The notes: generated by a model from the sequence alone, not told the origin. Positions 24,139 to 37,676 are shown, counted from the stretch's first letter. The stretch is DNA of 49,888 nucleotides from Intoshia linei (GCA_001642005.1 LWCA01000123.1:1-49888), one strand, 5' to 3'. Numbers and translations are program-made.

Positions 24139-26457
24139 TTAATCATTGTATCGAGCCTAAAAGGTGATTAAAATATTTTTACAATCAGATTCATATATTC
24201 CAAGCAGGCCCGTGGAGAGAGCCTACAATCATGAGTTGCCTATTTTTTTAATTTATTAATAGGTAATATTGGAAAATTTCCATAACCAATGTGATTTCCA
24301 ACGATTATTTTTAATTTTTAGAAATAAAAGATCGATTAAGCCAAATGTTGGTCCATGAAAAATTTTTATTAATTAACAATTTAAATGTAAGTCAATTTAT
24401 TACGATTTTTATTAAATTTTTTTTAAAGTTGCCCTGTAATTTTGCTTTAATCGTTCACGATAAATATTAAAATTAATTAGCAGTGCGTCGTGAAAAAAGT
24501 TTGGGAACCCTTAGATTAAGCAATGTATAGATATCCCATTTGTTATAGAGCTTATTAGTGACTGTCCACGGCCCTGTTTTCAAGTAATATTAGACTCAAC
24601 GATTTTTCAGTTATTCACCGTGATTATTACAATACATATGAACTATTTATAAAATCTACCTTCCAATAACCAGTTTTGTATCCACATAAATACCACGACA
24701 TAAGCATGCTTTTAAGGCCAGCTTTATCACAACAATTTTTGGGGATATCCAAAAAATCAATTGGAGGCATAGCCATATCTTTCTAAAGTTTAACTTTATG
24801 TAAAATTCATTGATAAAAACAAAAAATATAATATAAATTGATAAATCTACTATAAATTCTGAGTTTTTTTGGGTATTTTTCTATAATTAAAATTATTAAT
24901 GAATAATATTAAAAGTAGATAAAAACTTTTAAAGACACTAAATAACGTATGTAATCAATGACGAGTAAATTTATAATTCACTAGATGGACTGTTATACAC
25001 TTCGTACAAACAGGACCTAGCTCTGCCGAGGGCGAAGTTTTTTAATTCTTCCCAAAAACTACATTCAATAATAAAATCTTACTTAATGATGCTACTATTC
25101 ACTATTATCAATGCCTTAAAGGGGTGGTTCCCAAAGTTTTTTCACCACAAGCCGGTCATGTCACATCTTTTAATTTAAAGTGAATTAATCCACTACATTT
25201 TGTTTTATTTTTTTAATAAAATACAGTGTCGTTTCGAAAAAAAATGAAATCTAAAGTGCTTTTTTGACCATTAAGGCGTAACTTTGTCAGATTGATAATT
25301 ATTGAGTGAATTAACTTTCCAGTTATAATTTTTTTAAATTCTAGGACTATTTTCATTTTTTAAAAAAAGTAATCTGGTTTTAAACATGAAAATGCACTTT
25401 TTTGAGGTTACCATTTATGATAGTGATTATAATTTAACAAACTATACCATAATTTGTTTTATAAACTTTTAGAGCTTTTTTCATTATAAAAAGGGTACTT
25501 TGAGGGTTTAATTAAGAAAATGTACGTTTCTGACGCTGAGATTTACGACAATGTGATAATAATTTTAAAACACGTTCCAGAATTTATGTTTAATTCAATT
25601 TTTGGTTGATTTATTTTTAAAAAAAGGCAAATTGAGTTTTTGACCCTGAAGGACTCAAATTCTGAAACTGAAAAATAGATAATCATAATATAATCATCCC
25701 CAGAAAATACTGTATTAGAAATTGCGTTTTTTAAATTTTACGGTTGTTAATATTTTAAACATACGATAACACAGACATTCAATTTTGTACAAGGATACTT
25801 GTCATTTTTGCACAGTAAATTTAATCACTGATTTTTAACAAAAATATTTAGATTTATAAATATTTTTATTTTGTTACTAAGAACAAATCTTTGGGTGAGG
25901 TTTTTAGTTGGTTAATCAATGATTATACAAATGAATGTAAATTAACCTCTTTTTTGTTGTTTTCCTTTTCCTGATAAGTTTAAATTACACAATTAATTTA
26001 TTGTTAATAAATAAAAATCTTTACAATTACTTTTAAATTTGTAGGAATGATGGGTAGTAATTCAGTCATTTTTTTCTTTTCGCAATTTAAATAATATTCA
26101 TACTCTACGACACAGGTATCTTCATCGATAATAGACAAAATGGTACAATTATATCTCATACCATCCTCTTCATAAATTGCAGAAAATTTGTCGCCTATTG
26201 AGTGTTTCTAAATTAATTTTAATGCCAATTTCTTTATGCAAACATCTTAATTTAAAAAACACTGATGCACAATTTACATAATGTAATTCGCTTGCTTTTT
26301 TAGTAAAATGTAAACATAATTTAATTATAAATAACCAGTTTAGCAGAGCAGTTATCCATACTATCATTGAATTTATTTACAAGTTCGTCTTCACTGCTCT
26401 AAATTTATCTTTTATTTAAAGTTTTTTTAAATAATATACCTCGTTTATAGAATTCAT
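24139..26457 (-). CDS. SMN: Survival motor neuron protein, about 150 aa, 7 exons
   Basis: Phase-0 exons 26457-26440, 26398-26336, 26207-26031 (Tudor: IGDKFSAIYEEDGMRYNCTILSIIDEDTCVVEYEYYLNCE), 25970-25947, 24880-24851, 24782-24660 (YG box: LKSMLMSWYLCGYKTGYWK) and 24156-24139 (ARYND*). Micro-exons and the last exon are less certain. Confidence 0.92.
24205..24576. mobile_element. hAT-type MITE in the last SMN intron
   Basis: TIRs CAGGCCCGTGGAGAG / CTGTCCACGGCCCTG. Flanks attccaag / ttttcaag match 6/8. Confidence 0.75.
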
Positions 26458-27352
26458 TTTAAAATTTAAAATTTTAAATTTAAATTAAATTAACGATAAT
26501 AAATTTAGCTAACAAAAGTAAATACAGATAAAAAATATATACATGTAATTGATAAATTATCAGTACCAGACGACATTAATGATATAATGAATAGCCAAAT
26601 AAACCTTCATAGTTTCAAAATCAATCAAAAGCACTTGTCTTTTTACTATTTTCAATTTTAATCAAGAACAGTCACTAGACAATTATGATCTGGAACCTAA
26701 GAGCATTTCATCTTTTTTTATACCCTCCGATTATAACAAATATTGGAACAAGCGATATAAATAATTAAAGGCTAAACTAAACTAATTGTGATAATCACAA
26801 ATAATTTCGGAGACAACGAAATCTCTTAAAGTCAAAGCGAACATTTATCTAAATTTGCATTTGCAATTGTAGAGGCAATTTGTGCGTGATAGCACAATGT
26901 AGTAGCTAGCTAAGCACATGATAAATAACAATATAAAGCTTCTATAGTATACAATATTATAATGTATGATAATAGATCATACAATTTACAAGACTTTCGA
27001 TTACTTTCAGTCATGTTCCAGAAAATTCATGTAAATGAAAAATAAGAAATTGAATATGAAACAATAAAGTCTATCAACAAAAATGGTCCTATCACTAGAA
27101 ACTAAAACCAGTTTAATGCTGACCATTACGTTTCATATCCCTCAATTGTTAATGTATGGAAATTTTTTTATAACGTTTCATAATTTGTAGACAGAAGAAT
27201 GATACTTTTGTATTTTGATCAACTTTATTTGTTGAAATTAGGTAACTCTGTGATACATTCAGTTTATTTCATAACACATTGCTATAGATTTTAGTTTTAT
27301 TTGATTGAGTTTATATTTACGATTTATCGTTCTATTCTTTTACAAAATAAAA

Positions 27353-30300
27353 ATGGTCAACTTAACCGTACGTACTTTGAATGGACAAATACGACAATTT
27401 TGTATAAACGAAGATGTAAATTGAAATAATATGAGTCTAACCAAATTTTAGATTCAAATAAGTCGTTTTAAACAAATGATTGAAAATCAAATTGTAATTT
27501 TATTTTTAATTCATATTTACTGTGTAATGTAGAATATACCTTCTGACCAACAACGACTTTTGTATCAATGTACTACAATCGCAGACGATGAGTCTATATC
27601 TAATTATGATGGTAAAACTTTATACGTTGTCAGCAGACAACCTCCTGCGCGTACAGTGAATCGCAATGAAAATGAAGATATACATGTGTCTGTCAACGGA
27701 AATTCCAATGTTATATATCGATCTATGCCCATAACGAATCAACCAAATGCTCCAAGAATTGAACAAGTTATATCCAATTCTTTGAGACCGGGAATGACAG
27801 CATCCCGCATACATCTTGAATCTGCAGTAAAAAGTTTTTATATTTATATTTATACGATAATTAGAACGATCGCAACGTGCATGCATATGTGGTAATGAGT
27901 AGTCCACTTTCCATGAGTAGTCCAGTTCCCACCAGTTCTGAAACCACTCCAGCTACCAATACAACGGGTCAGACCCAGACTCAACGTCAACCTACAAATA
28001 ACTCTCAACCAACTAGAGTACCTCCACCCACAGCTATAACATCAGCAATACCACAAAATGTTATGTTTCCATTTGTGCAGAGAATAGATCGCCATGCTGA
28101 TATGAATCGATTTTTATCTAATAATACACTTGAACAAGCTTTAGCTGCTTTAGAGGTAATTATATTTTTTATTATAAACTCATTTACGTTAATTTATTAG
28201 CATCAATCTGCAGTTCAAGCAACAGGAATTAATTTGACGTGATTTTTAATTTTAATAGTATATCAGTAGCATAATAATGCATCATATCAATTTGTTTTGG
28301 GTCGATGACGATGGAAGATTAACTATATTCATTTCTTGTCGGTTGACTAACAATTCGTTATATTCTTTTTACTATATAGTGTTAAAATGGTTAAAATAGA
28401 TTGTCAAAACTTTGAATTTTGACTAATTTATGAAATTTTTAAAGCAGTTGTGTATAATCTTTTTTTTGGAAAGTGAAACCGTTGAGAAAAGTTGTTTTAT
28501 AATTTTGAATAAACACTTGATATGTTATACCGTGTAGATGATCTAGGGGCGATATGTGCATACAATCTTGAGGGCGGCTATTTTAATTTATTAATAAATA
28601 CTGTTGCAAAAATATATATTTTTGGGAAATTTCATTATGATCGATGAGATTTCTAACTTAATTTAAATTTTTAGAGGATAAACGATTAAACTATCTCGTA
28701 AAATCGTATTTTTAAAAAAAATATTGGAAAAAGGAGATTTTCCCTTTAGGGTTTGTAAAATTAGATTTTTTATTTTGAGGTTTAAATGGATTTTCCCGTA
28801 AGGGTTGATAAAATTGAATTTTTTATTTTAAGGTTTAAATAGATTTTTCTCAAGGTTTTGTAAAATTGTGTTTTTCAAAAAAATATTGCAATAAGGTATT
28901 TTCCCTTAAGGTTTGGTAAAATTGTATTTTTTATTTTTGAGTTTAAGTTGTATTTTTTGAAAAAATATCGATAAAAGTCAATTTTTCCTTGACTGTTTAA
29001 AATGGTATATTTATTAATGGTGGGATAAAAGTAGGATTTTTCAAATGATAATAGTGGTCGTTTAGGCTTTGGGATAATTTCCCAAAATCTAGAAACTATG
29101 TAATAAATAATTAAATAAACAAAAGTTAACAAATTTTTTTATATATTTTATTTGAATCTCACGGACCCCAGACATATAGTTTTTGGACCCTAAGGGTTCA
29201 ATGGTTCTTGAAGTTCAAGAACAATCTGTAACGACTAGTATATACGTTCTATTTTAAAAAAAAATATATGGGTCTATTATTTCCTCTGATTCTGGACTAC
29301 TTCTGCCTTCAAGTATGTATGTAAGTCTGTATATGTCAATGTGGTTGGTGAAGATATTTTGAAATTTTTCCCGTTATTTTAGTATTCTACCACTAAAAAA
29401 ATGTATATTCTTGCAGTAACGCAGAAAAAGTTTATTAACCCATTATCTATGTAATATCTAAAAATATTTTGTAAAAGTTTGCTATTTTTATCTTAAAAAT
29501 GTTTTTAATTTTTATATATTAATTTGAAGTATAACCGAAAATGTATTTTTTCTTTTTAAAATAAACAATATTGATATTCTTCTGTGAAAGTTACGGGTGT
29601 CATGATATATCATATATGCTATTTTTTAATTTCACAAATCGGTAAAAATAAATAACTTAAGCTCTTAATGCCGCTACAATAAAAAATTGATTTCTGTTAA
29701 AACCATTTATAATACATTAATATAATCCAGGGTGTTCACAATAAGGTCCACTGAAGATTATTCATGATGAATTTTCGCTCGAAAAACAAGGTTAAGAGGC
29801 CAGGTTTAATGAATATATTTAATTTTATCGAGTTGATCTGATTTACGATTTTATATTATATAAGTGGCCCGGGTCCGATTAAAATGGTCACCCTATATAC
29901 AAGTTGATAAAAATGGTGCCTTGATGTATCCATTGTTTTTTTCAGCGCTTCTTTGCTGGAGTAAAAAAAATCCTACTATTTTTTTAACATCAACTATTAA
30001 TTTAGCATATTAATCTAGTCATATGATTCTGGCCTCTCTACGCGGCCCTGAACTCTACCAGATTTTTCTAATTCAAAAATTAACGCAATTGATATGTTGT
30101 TAAATGTTGCTGGCTCACAATGAGAAACCAATATTGTTGTATTTACATTTTAGACAACATATTCGACATTACAATTTATTATTACAACGATTAGAAAGAT
30201 TCGTTCGAATTTTACGATCCTTTGTAATTCATAATTATAAATATTTATTACACATTAGAGATTGTTTCATAATGATGGAAGTTATATAAAGTAGCTGTAA

Positions 30301-33202
30301 TACAGTTGTCCCGATTCAAATAGTGTACGGACCCCAATTTAAAAATATTTATATTTTTGAACCCCAAGGGAAACATAAAATATAAAACATTTATAAAAAA
30401 GTGGAAGGTTTTTTTTGAACACCATTTAGTAAAATCATGTTATTGAAAAATATCAGTAAAAGTGTATTTTTACATGAGGGTTTGAAGTGGTATTTTTTTA
30501 TTAAATTTTATTAATGATGGATAAAAGTCGTCTAGGTTTAGGGATAAATTCCCAACATCTGGCAACTATGTAATAAATATTAAAAATTCTTACGGGCCGC
30601 AAGGGATAAAGGGACCCCAATCAGTAAACACTACTGTAATATAACTTACATCAATTGTAGTCTAATATATAATATAAGTAACCAATGCTTGTCGCTTTCT
30701 CTATTGAAATTTTTGGTAAATTAATAAAGTAATACATTTTAAAATTAAACCAAAGACAACTTAATGATATTGAAATATTTTTTATGAAACTTATCTTAAC
30801 GAACCAAAATATGAAAATAACAAATATTATTAATATTTTTTAATTTTTCTCACCATCTACCCTGGTAAATTTTAAAGTTAAGCTAAACCATTATGAATCA
30901 ACTTTAATTCGAAAAAAATTTAATAACGTTGACTAGATTATGTTTGATATTATATTTTTAGTCCACACTTTCAATCACCATAAGAAGCTTCTATAATCTT
31001 ATAACTGTATTTGATGCTTTAAACGAGGCAATGCCGCTTGCCGTTGAAATAATGGAAAGGTCTAATATTAGAACTCCACCTACTAGTAAGTCTTATTGTA
31101 TATTATTTTAATTTGCCAAAATTTGATGACCATGGAAATTTCCATTAAGCACTAACCAAAAGTTTTTTAATAATTTTCATTTCATGTAGTTGAGGATCAA
31201 GACATTTAAAACATGTCTAATATGTTAATTACCTAAGATTAATAAAAAATTGCGTTAAATCTATCTTTTTCAATTCTTAAAAATTAGTTGCTGATTAAAT
31301 TAGTACAGTATAATGGTTGGAATAATTTAATTTGTTAACTTTTAAATTAGCTGTTGAAAATGGACCTCAGAGATCAGCACACAGAGAAAGATTTGAAAGA
31401 TCTGGCAATGGGATAAACCAAGGCATGAGAAGCAGCAACCCACGAATATTTAGAAACTTGCCACAAACGTTTAGAGGCGGTTTTAGACCCACTAATAGAA
31501 ATATGATTCAGTATCCTCAAGTATCTATAGCTCATATGGACCAACCAATTTACAACACCACCATAAATATTTCTAGCGATTTGGTAAACAACCAAACATC
31601 TCAAACACCAACTACAAATCCTCAAAATGACAATAATAGTTCAAACCAGGCATTGTCTGGGATTATTTCATCAATTTTAGATCGTGTAATATCGTCACGA
31701 ACTGAAACCACTAGAAATGTAAATAATAACAATGAAAACAATAACATTAACCAAAATGATAATGTGAATTCACAGGTTTCAAGTAGTTTTACATCTAATC
31801 GTCAGCCCGGCGACACCGAAAGGGAAATTGGTTCAAATTTGCAGTCTACAACGACACCTACAGTGTCTAGATCCCAGAATACCCTTTTAAGGGTTTTAAG
31901 AGATAACAAATCTGAAGATGAATCTTCTTCTAACCAAACAAATGGAGACTCTAGGACCGACGGAGAAAGAATAGAATCTTTGACAGCTAGGCTAAATTCG
32001 TTTCAACCGGGTCCCGGCGAAGAACAAATATTTGGAATTCTAAACATGTTTTTAAATGAAACGCAGGAATACGCAACCAAATTGCTTTCTGATGCTTTTT
32101 CTGCTTTGGGTATAGCCACAAATTCTAGCAATGGAGAAACCTTCAAATCTTTTATTGACATAATTATTTCTAAAGTAACAGCGCGGGATTTAATAGCAAT
32201 CCAAACCGATAGTAGTGCTATTCCAAATGGTTTTATTATGAGCCTTCGAAATTTTGTTTTGAGTATAGATGTTCAGGATTCGGGACCATTTATTTTAAAT
32301 GGAGTAGTTTCTCCTGACAACATCCGATTATACGTGGAATCCATTCTCTTCGGAGCTTCGTATTATTCTTACTACGATAAACAAAAAATCGCAACCAAAG
32401 ATAACATTGACCTTATGCACAGTCTTTTAAATTGTGATGTATCAAACATAAGTAATCTGGTTAATTTCTTGTGTTGCAATAGTATTGGTAAGTATTATTA
32501 ATAGAATTGATAAAATCAATTTTAGATGATTCGCGAAAATGTAAGGAACAGTTTTTAGAACTAGCCAACGAGTTTATAGCTCAACACTTTGCCATAATTG
32601 TGTATTCATTAGTTTCTTTGGATGATGATATTCTCAACAATGTTATAATTCACATTTTGGTAATTTTGTATTTTAGTCGTCCTAACTTTTATTAATGAAA
32701 ATAGGAGCAACTATTTAATTTTTCTGATGATGTACGTTCATTTGTTTGTGGATTTTTGATTACATGGGTCAAAAAAATTTCTAGTGTTTACCGAGAAACA
32801 ATATCCAGCAAATTTATATACACTCACAAAACCAAAAAAGAAACACCAAATGAATCTTCCAATATTGAAATTAAACCGATTAACGTGAAGGTTTGTTCCT
32901 TTTAAATTTACATTAATAATTTTAATTTATTATAGAATGATGTTATCGAAAACAAAATAATTTTAGACACTATTCAAAATGAATCGCTAGAAAAGTTTCC
33001 TATCCCTAATTTAGAATTGGGTCAAAATGTTTGTCTTAGTGTCTATCAATTTAATTGAATTTAGAATATTATCAACATTATTAAAAAAGATAAATCCATG
33101 TATGAAAACTCTTCAAACGGTAACATTAAAAGAGACAACTCGGATGATTTACCCAGCGTTTACATAGATGGAAATATGTCTAAAAAGCGCAAATTTAATT
33201 AA
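27353..33202 (+). CDS. BAG6: BAG6/BAT3/Scythe homolog with N-terminal ubiquitin-like domain
   Basis: UBL domain MVNLTVRTLNGQIRQF...NIPSDQQRLLYQ...DGKTLYVVSRQPP resembles BAG6 (IPSEKQRLIYQG...GKVIHLVERAPP). Long S/T/N/Q-rich exons follow. The C-terminus IIKKD...VYIDGNMSKKRKFN* resembles BAG6 AYLSGMPAKRRK. Middle exons only partly resolved. Confidence 0.82.
30303..30633 (+). mobile_element. hAT (Buster-type) MITE, family shared with 36699-37267 and about 33977-34228
   Basis: Perfect TSD CTGTAATA (30295-30302 and 30634-30641). The 5' end CAGTTGTCCCGATTCAAATAGTGTACGGACCCC is homologous to the other copies. Confidence 0.8.
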
Positions 33203-33239
33203 ACTTTTTAATTTCAAATCTATGCCGAATACTTAATAT

Positions 33240-33490
33240 CAGAGATCGGTAACCTTGTCCATCTCATGGACCACTTTTTTATATCAATAAATTGTACAGG
33301 CTCCGTTTTTTAAAATTTACACATGATAAATTTTAATTTTAACTAAACAAAAACGGTTCTAGTCTATTCAACAAAATAAAATCCAGGGCGAACTGAAAAT
33401 TCAGTATTAAAGTGATTACAATGAGCCAATTATATTTTAAAATAAATAATTTACATATTTACTCAAAGGGCCACTGGTTGCCGACCCATG
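33240..33490 (+). mobile_element. hAT MITE between the BAG6 and FPGS 3' ends; homologous to 44337-44599
   Basis: CAGAGATCGGTAACC ... GGTTGCCGACCCATG. The internal sequence aligns by eye with 44337-44599. Confidence 0.75.
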
Positions 33491-33542
33491 CATTGTATTA
33501 ACATGTAAATATATTGAATTTTAATGTACATTTATTCAAAAA

Positions 33543-36500
33543 TTATATATATGACAAAAAGGCACCCGTCAATTTAATGCTACCAGTTATTAGAACATCA
33601 ATTTTTGATATTTTCTTGATTAGGTTAATTGTTTTCATTAAATTGTGAATAGAATTAAAATAAATAAAATTTGGTCCTGTTTTTGTTTGTATGTGATTTA
33701 TACCAATACAAGTTCCATAATTGGCAGTGTCGTGTGTGTAATGGTTTCTACCTATCGGTGCAACAATGAATTTATAATCAAAGTCAATTTTCTAAATGTT
33801 AAAATAAATTAAGATTTTTTCAATGATTGGTTATAAATACATTTTATTAAGGCTCGATCTGTGTGTCAAAACCATACCAGTAAGAGTACATTTATTTGAA
33901 CATATTACAGGGCCCCAATCTTTAAATTTTAATAAGTTTAGATAACTGGTTCAAAACTATGTCTGGTCAGTATGATTCAAAAAAATACCATTTCAAACCT
34001 TGAAGGAAAATCTACTTTTATCGATATTTTTTTTAAAAATCCAATTTTACCAACCCTTAAAGGAAAATCCTTTTTTCCAATATTTTTTTGAAAATTGATT
34101 TTACTAAATCTTATGAGAAAAACCTTTAATTTTTTCATAAATGTTTTATATTTCATGTTTCCTTTGGGGCCCAAAAAAATCAATATTTTAAAATGGGGTC
34201 CCTACATTATTCGAATCGGGAACCACTGGTTTAGAATATATTGATAAAGTCAATAAAAAAAAAATTATTAACAAAGTTTGATAGATATTGAGTTAACAAT
34301 TATAAATGTACCTGCAAATTTTTTAACAAATTTGACGGATTTCTATTTCCGGTCAGATAAAATACCAAAATTTTACATTTTGAGGTGGAATTTGATAGGA
34401 ACCAATTTTGAACGTACTGAAAGTTATAAATATAAATTTTATTAAGTGAAAATTACATTTAAACTAAGTGACGTATGAGCGCCGTCAATGTAAAAAACTA
34501 CATTTTTTCGTCTCAAAATTTGAAAGCGTGCGTCAATGTCTATATTTTCAAGGACTAAATTTAAATTAGAATAAGATATTAATCAAGTTAACCAAATTGA
34601 GAATTCGTTTTGGTTAGAATTTGGCAAATCAACTACAAAGTATTTAAAATTTTACGGTAACATTTAACATACATGGACTGATAGTACAGCGTTTCCCAGA
34701 GCTCTGAGGGTCCGGTCAAAATTCGACATTTTATCATGTTATGATTTCCGAATAATATCTTTATGAAAGGATCGCATGTTTTAAATTAAGGGAACCGCCG
34801 TAAATCATGTTAATTTACTTGAGCATGAGAAAAATTGATAATTTTCACAAGCGAATCTACATTTGGGTGTTTTTTCAGCATTTCTTGAATGTGACTTTTA
34901 GTAACAAAATATACTTGCGACTATATAAAAAAAAATATTTGTTACCGTCAATTTAAAGTTTCAATATTGTTGACATTTAAAACGAAAACGGGTTTTCATA
35001 TTTGTGAAACGGTAACGTTTCCTTCAGTGTAGATTACACATTTTCCTTGGGTTTGGTTACAATTGATATTTTTTAATTAGTAAAATTAAACAATTTTCTA
35101 TAGATTTAATAAATAAGACTAATATTTCTCAGCTGTTCAAATTAACCAAAACTCCAAACGAACGGATTTATTCATATTAAATTTAAAAAAAAAGTACGTT
35201 TAATTTGTTGGCAACAGTTTTTATTTGGTTCAGTGATATACTTGATTGTCCATAACCAATTACTGTAGGTACACTAGGCTAAAAACTTGACATGTATATT
35301 TTATACTGTATATGTATTAAATGTACTCTTAAAATGCCTAATTTTTGATTAGTGATTGATTTCAAATCTCCACCTAAAATTTCTGTATGGTCATAATCGA
35401 GGTTAGTTATTCCACAAACTTGTTTATTTCTAAATTTTTTAATGTAATGATTAATAAATAATTCATTAGATAGATAAACATGTAAAGTAACTTCTTACGG
35501 ACAGCAGAACCGTGGAGAGCCAGATGAAAAATTAAAATAGAAAAATTTTAATTTTTGGAGTAATTCGTTTTTACCATATCTTTAAAAATGTTTTAATGTT
35601 ATTTTTGGATCAAATTTTAAAAAAGGTTTTTTTGGGATAATTTTATTTTCTCAAATTTAAAATGCATTTTAGTTTAACTTTATTAGAGGTTTTTGTGAAA
35701 TGATTCCTTTTCATTAACTTAAAAATAGATTAAATATTTTAGGCTCATTTGTTTAGAAAAATTTAATTAGTATTTTCAGAGTAATTCGTATTCGCAAACT
35801 TTAAAAAGTGTTTTTTCCTTTTTATCAATTTTAAAATGGGTTTAAAATGCAGTAATTGCTTTATAAAACTTTAAATTTGGTAATATTTCAATAAATTTTT
35901 AGTCAAACTTTAAATCGATAGTTTGTGGTAATTTTTTTTTATCAAACTTTTAAAACATTGATTTTAGTGTTGTTTTTTTATGTAAAATTAAAAATGGTTA
36001 TTTTGGAAAATTCTTTTAATCAATTTTAATTTCAGTGGTTTTTATAGAAATTTTTTTTTACCATATTTTGAAGGGTGTTTTAGGTAAATTTTTATATCAT
36101 ATTGATAATGAAAATATTTCTTTTTATTTAAATTTAAAGCAATTTAAGCGTCATTAAAAATTATTACCATAAAACACCTTAAAGTCACAGTAAAGTTACC
36201 ATCTCATTTTAAAATCTACATATAGAAATTTGCATTAAAATCTTACGTAGGAACATTAGTCGAATCAAATTTTCCTCCAATACCTTATTAAAATATATAA
36301 TTTCAAAAAAACTACATACCAACTTCCAATATCGAATAATCAATATTTTCTGTACAATTAATATAAAGAGCCATTAACGTAAGAAATTCAAAATAGGAAG
36401 GCATTTTTTCAGAATCTGTCTAAATTAGTGACCATTAAGTTTAAATTCATTTTATGACCATTACGATCAAAATTTCGAAAAATTGAAATTTTCAAAATTA

Positions 36501-37676
36501 ATTTCAAAGAGATTTTAACGTTAATTTATCAAAGCAATATCAAATTTACTTTCATTAATAGCTGGTACAAATGATCCACAAGTATAGAGAATCGATCTTT
36601 ACTAATATTCGCTCCATTAATACGTATTCTTTCACACACATCATATAGATGAGGTGAACTAAAACGAAAGTTATTACATCCTTTATTTGAGTTTAAAACA
36701 GTGGTTCCCCATTCGAATAGTGTACGCGGACCCCATTTCAAAATATTTATTTTTTTGAACTACAAAGGAAACCTGAAATATATAACATTTATGAAAAGAT
36801 TGTAGGTTTTTTCTCATAATATTTGGTAAAATCGTGTTTTTCAAAAAAATATTGAAAAAAGAGGATTTTCCATTAAAGAATGGTAAAATTAAATTTTTTA
36901 TTTTAAATTAGTAAGTTGTTGCTCATAAGATTTGGTAAAATAATATTTTTCAAATAAATATTGGGAAAAGGGGATTTTTTAAAAAAATAAAATGAATAAG
37001 TTTTGGTAAATGTCGATTTTTTTCTAGAGTTCGAGATGATATTTTTAATTAAATTTTATTAATGGTGAGATTTTTGCAATAATAATGTAGCTATCATAGG
37101 TTTTGGTATAAATTCCCAAAATCTGGCAAGTCTGTAACATATATTAAAATCTATCTCATAAAAACAAACAAAAGTTGATAAAATTTTTGTATATTTTATT
37201 TGAATTTGACCCCAGGCATATAGTTTTAGACCCCCAAGTGGTCCAACGCCCCAATTGGCAACCACTGGTTTGAAAGTGTCTTAATTATTCAATTCACTAA
37301 AAATACCTAAACAAACTGGTTCTATAACCTAGTTTAACTAGCAATTGTTGACAATAAATTGCCGTTGACCCTTTACCTTTCGTACCAGCAATATGTATGG
37401 TTTTCATTTTTTTAATTTCAGAAATCTTAATTAAAATTTGTAATTTTAATGTTGATAAATTATAGATAAGCAAAAGCACCAACGGGCAATTGTATACGCC
37501 TTAAATACGTAATCATGTCAATATTGGATTTTTTGCGGTTAGAGCAATTTTTCAAATAAGAAGCATTACTTTGAAGACAATTGAGCACAATCAATGCTCT
37601 CTAAACAAAATAAATAGATATGCTGATCAATAAACAACATGAGATGACTAACCTTATATTTAAACTGCGACCTCAT
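33543..37676 (-). CDS. FPGS: Folylpolyglutamate synthase
   Basis: ALIVLNCLQSNA, IHIAGTKGKGST (P-loop), FSSPHLYDVCERIRING, PSYFEFLTLMA, GITNLDYDHTEILG, YIDGAHTS, and C-terminal VLITGSIKLTGAFL. Stop at 33543-33545. Confidence 0.93.
35504..36140. repeat. Degenerate minisatellite (unit about 33-35 bp) inside a MITE-like element in an FPGS intron
   Basis: Recurrent AAATTTTAAAAxGGTTTTTGGxTAATTTTTTTATC-like units follow a CAGAACCGTGGAGAG terminus. Inverse-orientation relatives lie at about 4860-4960 and 8400-8540. Confidence 0.6.
36699..37267 (+). mobile_element. hAT (Buster-type) MITE in an FPGS intron
   Basis: TIRs CAGTGGTTCCCCATT / AATTGGCAACCACTG. TSD gtttaaaa / gtttgaaa matches 7/8. Confidence 0.85.

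Noticed and set aside
26580-27170. Coding-like stretches between SMN and BAG6
   Set aside because: Only short frames (under 60 aa) broken by stops and no recognisable motif, so a gene cannot be supported.
28875-29132. ORF-track calls within repeats (also 2723-2914, 7520-7744, 15462-15755, 19562-19753, 33977-34183, 37059-37265, 44046-44568)
   Set aside because: They fall largely in MITE or Helitron-like sequence and show F/K/I/L-biased AT-rich translation with no domain.
35520-36140. Periodic ~33-bp repeats as a CRISPR array
   Set aside because: The units are degenerate and contiguous with no unique spacers, there are no cas genes, and the context is a eukaryotic intron.
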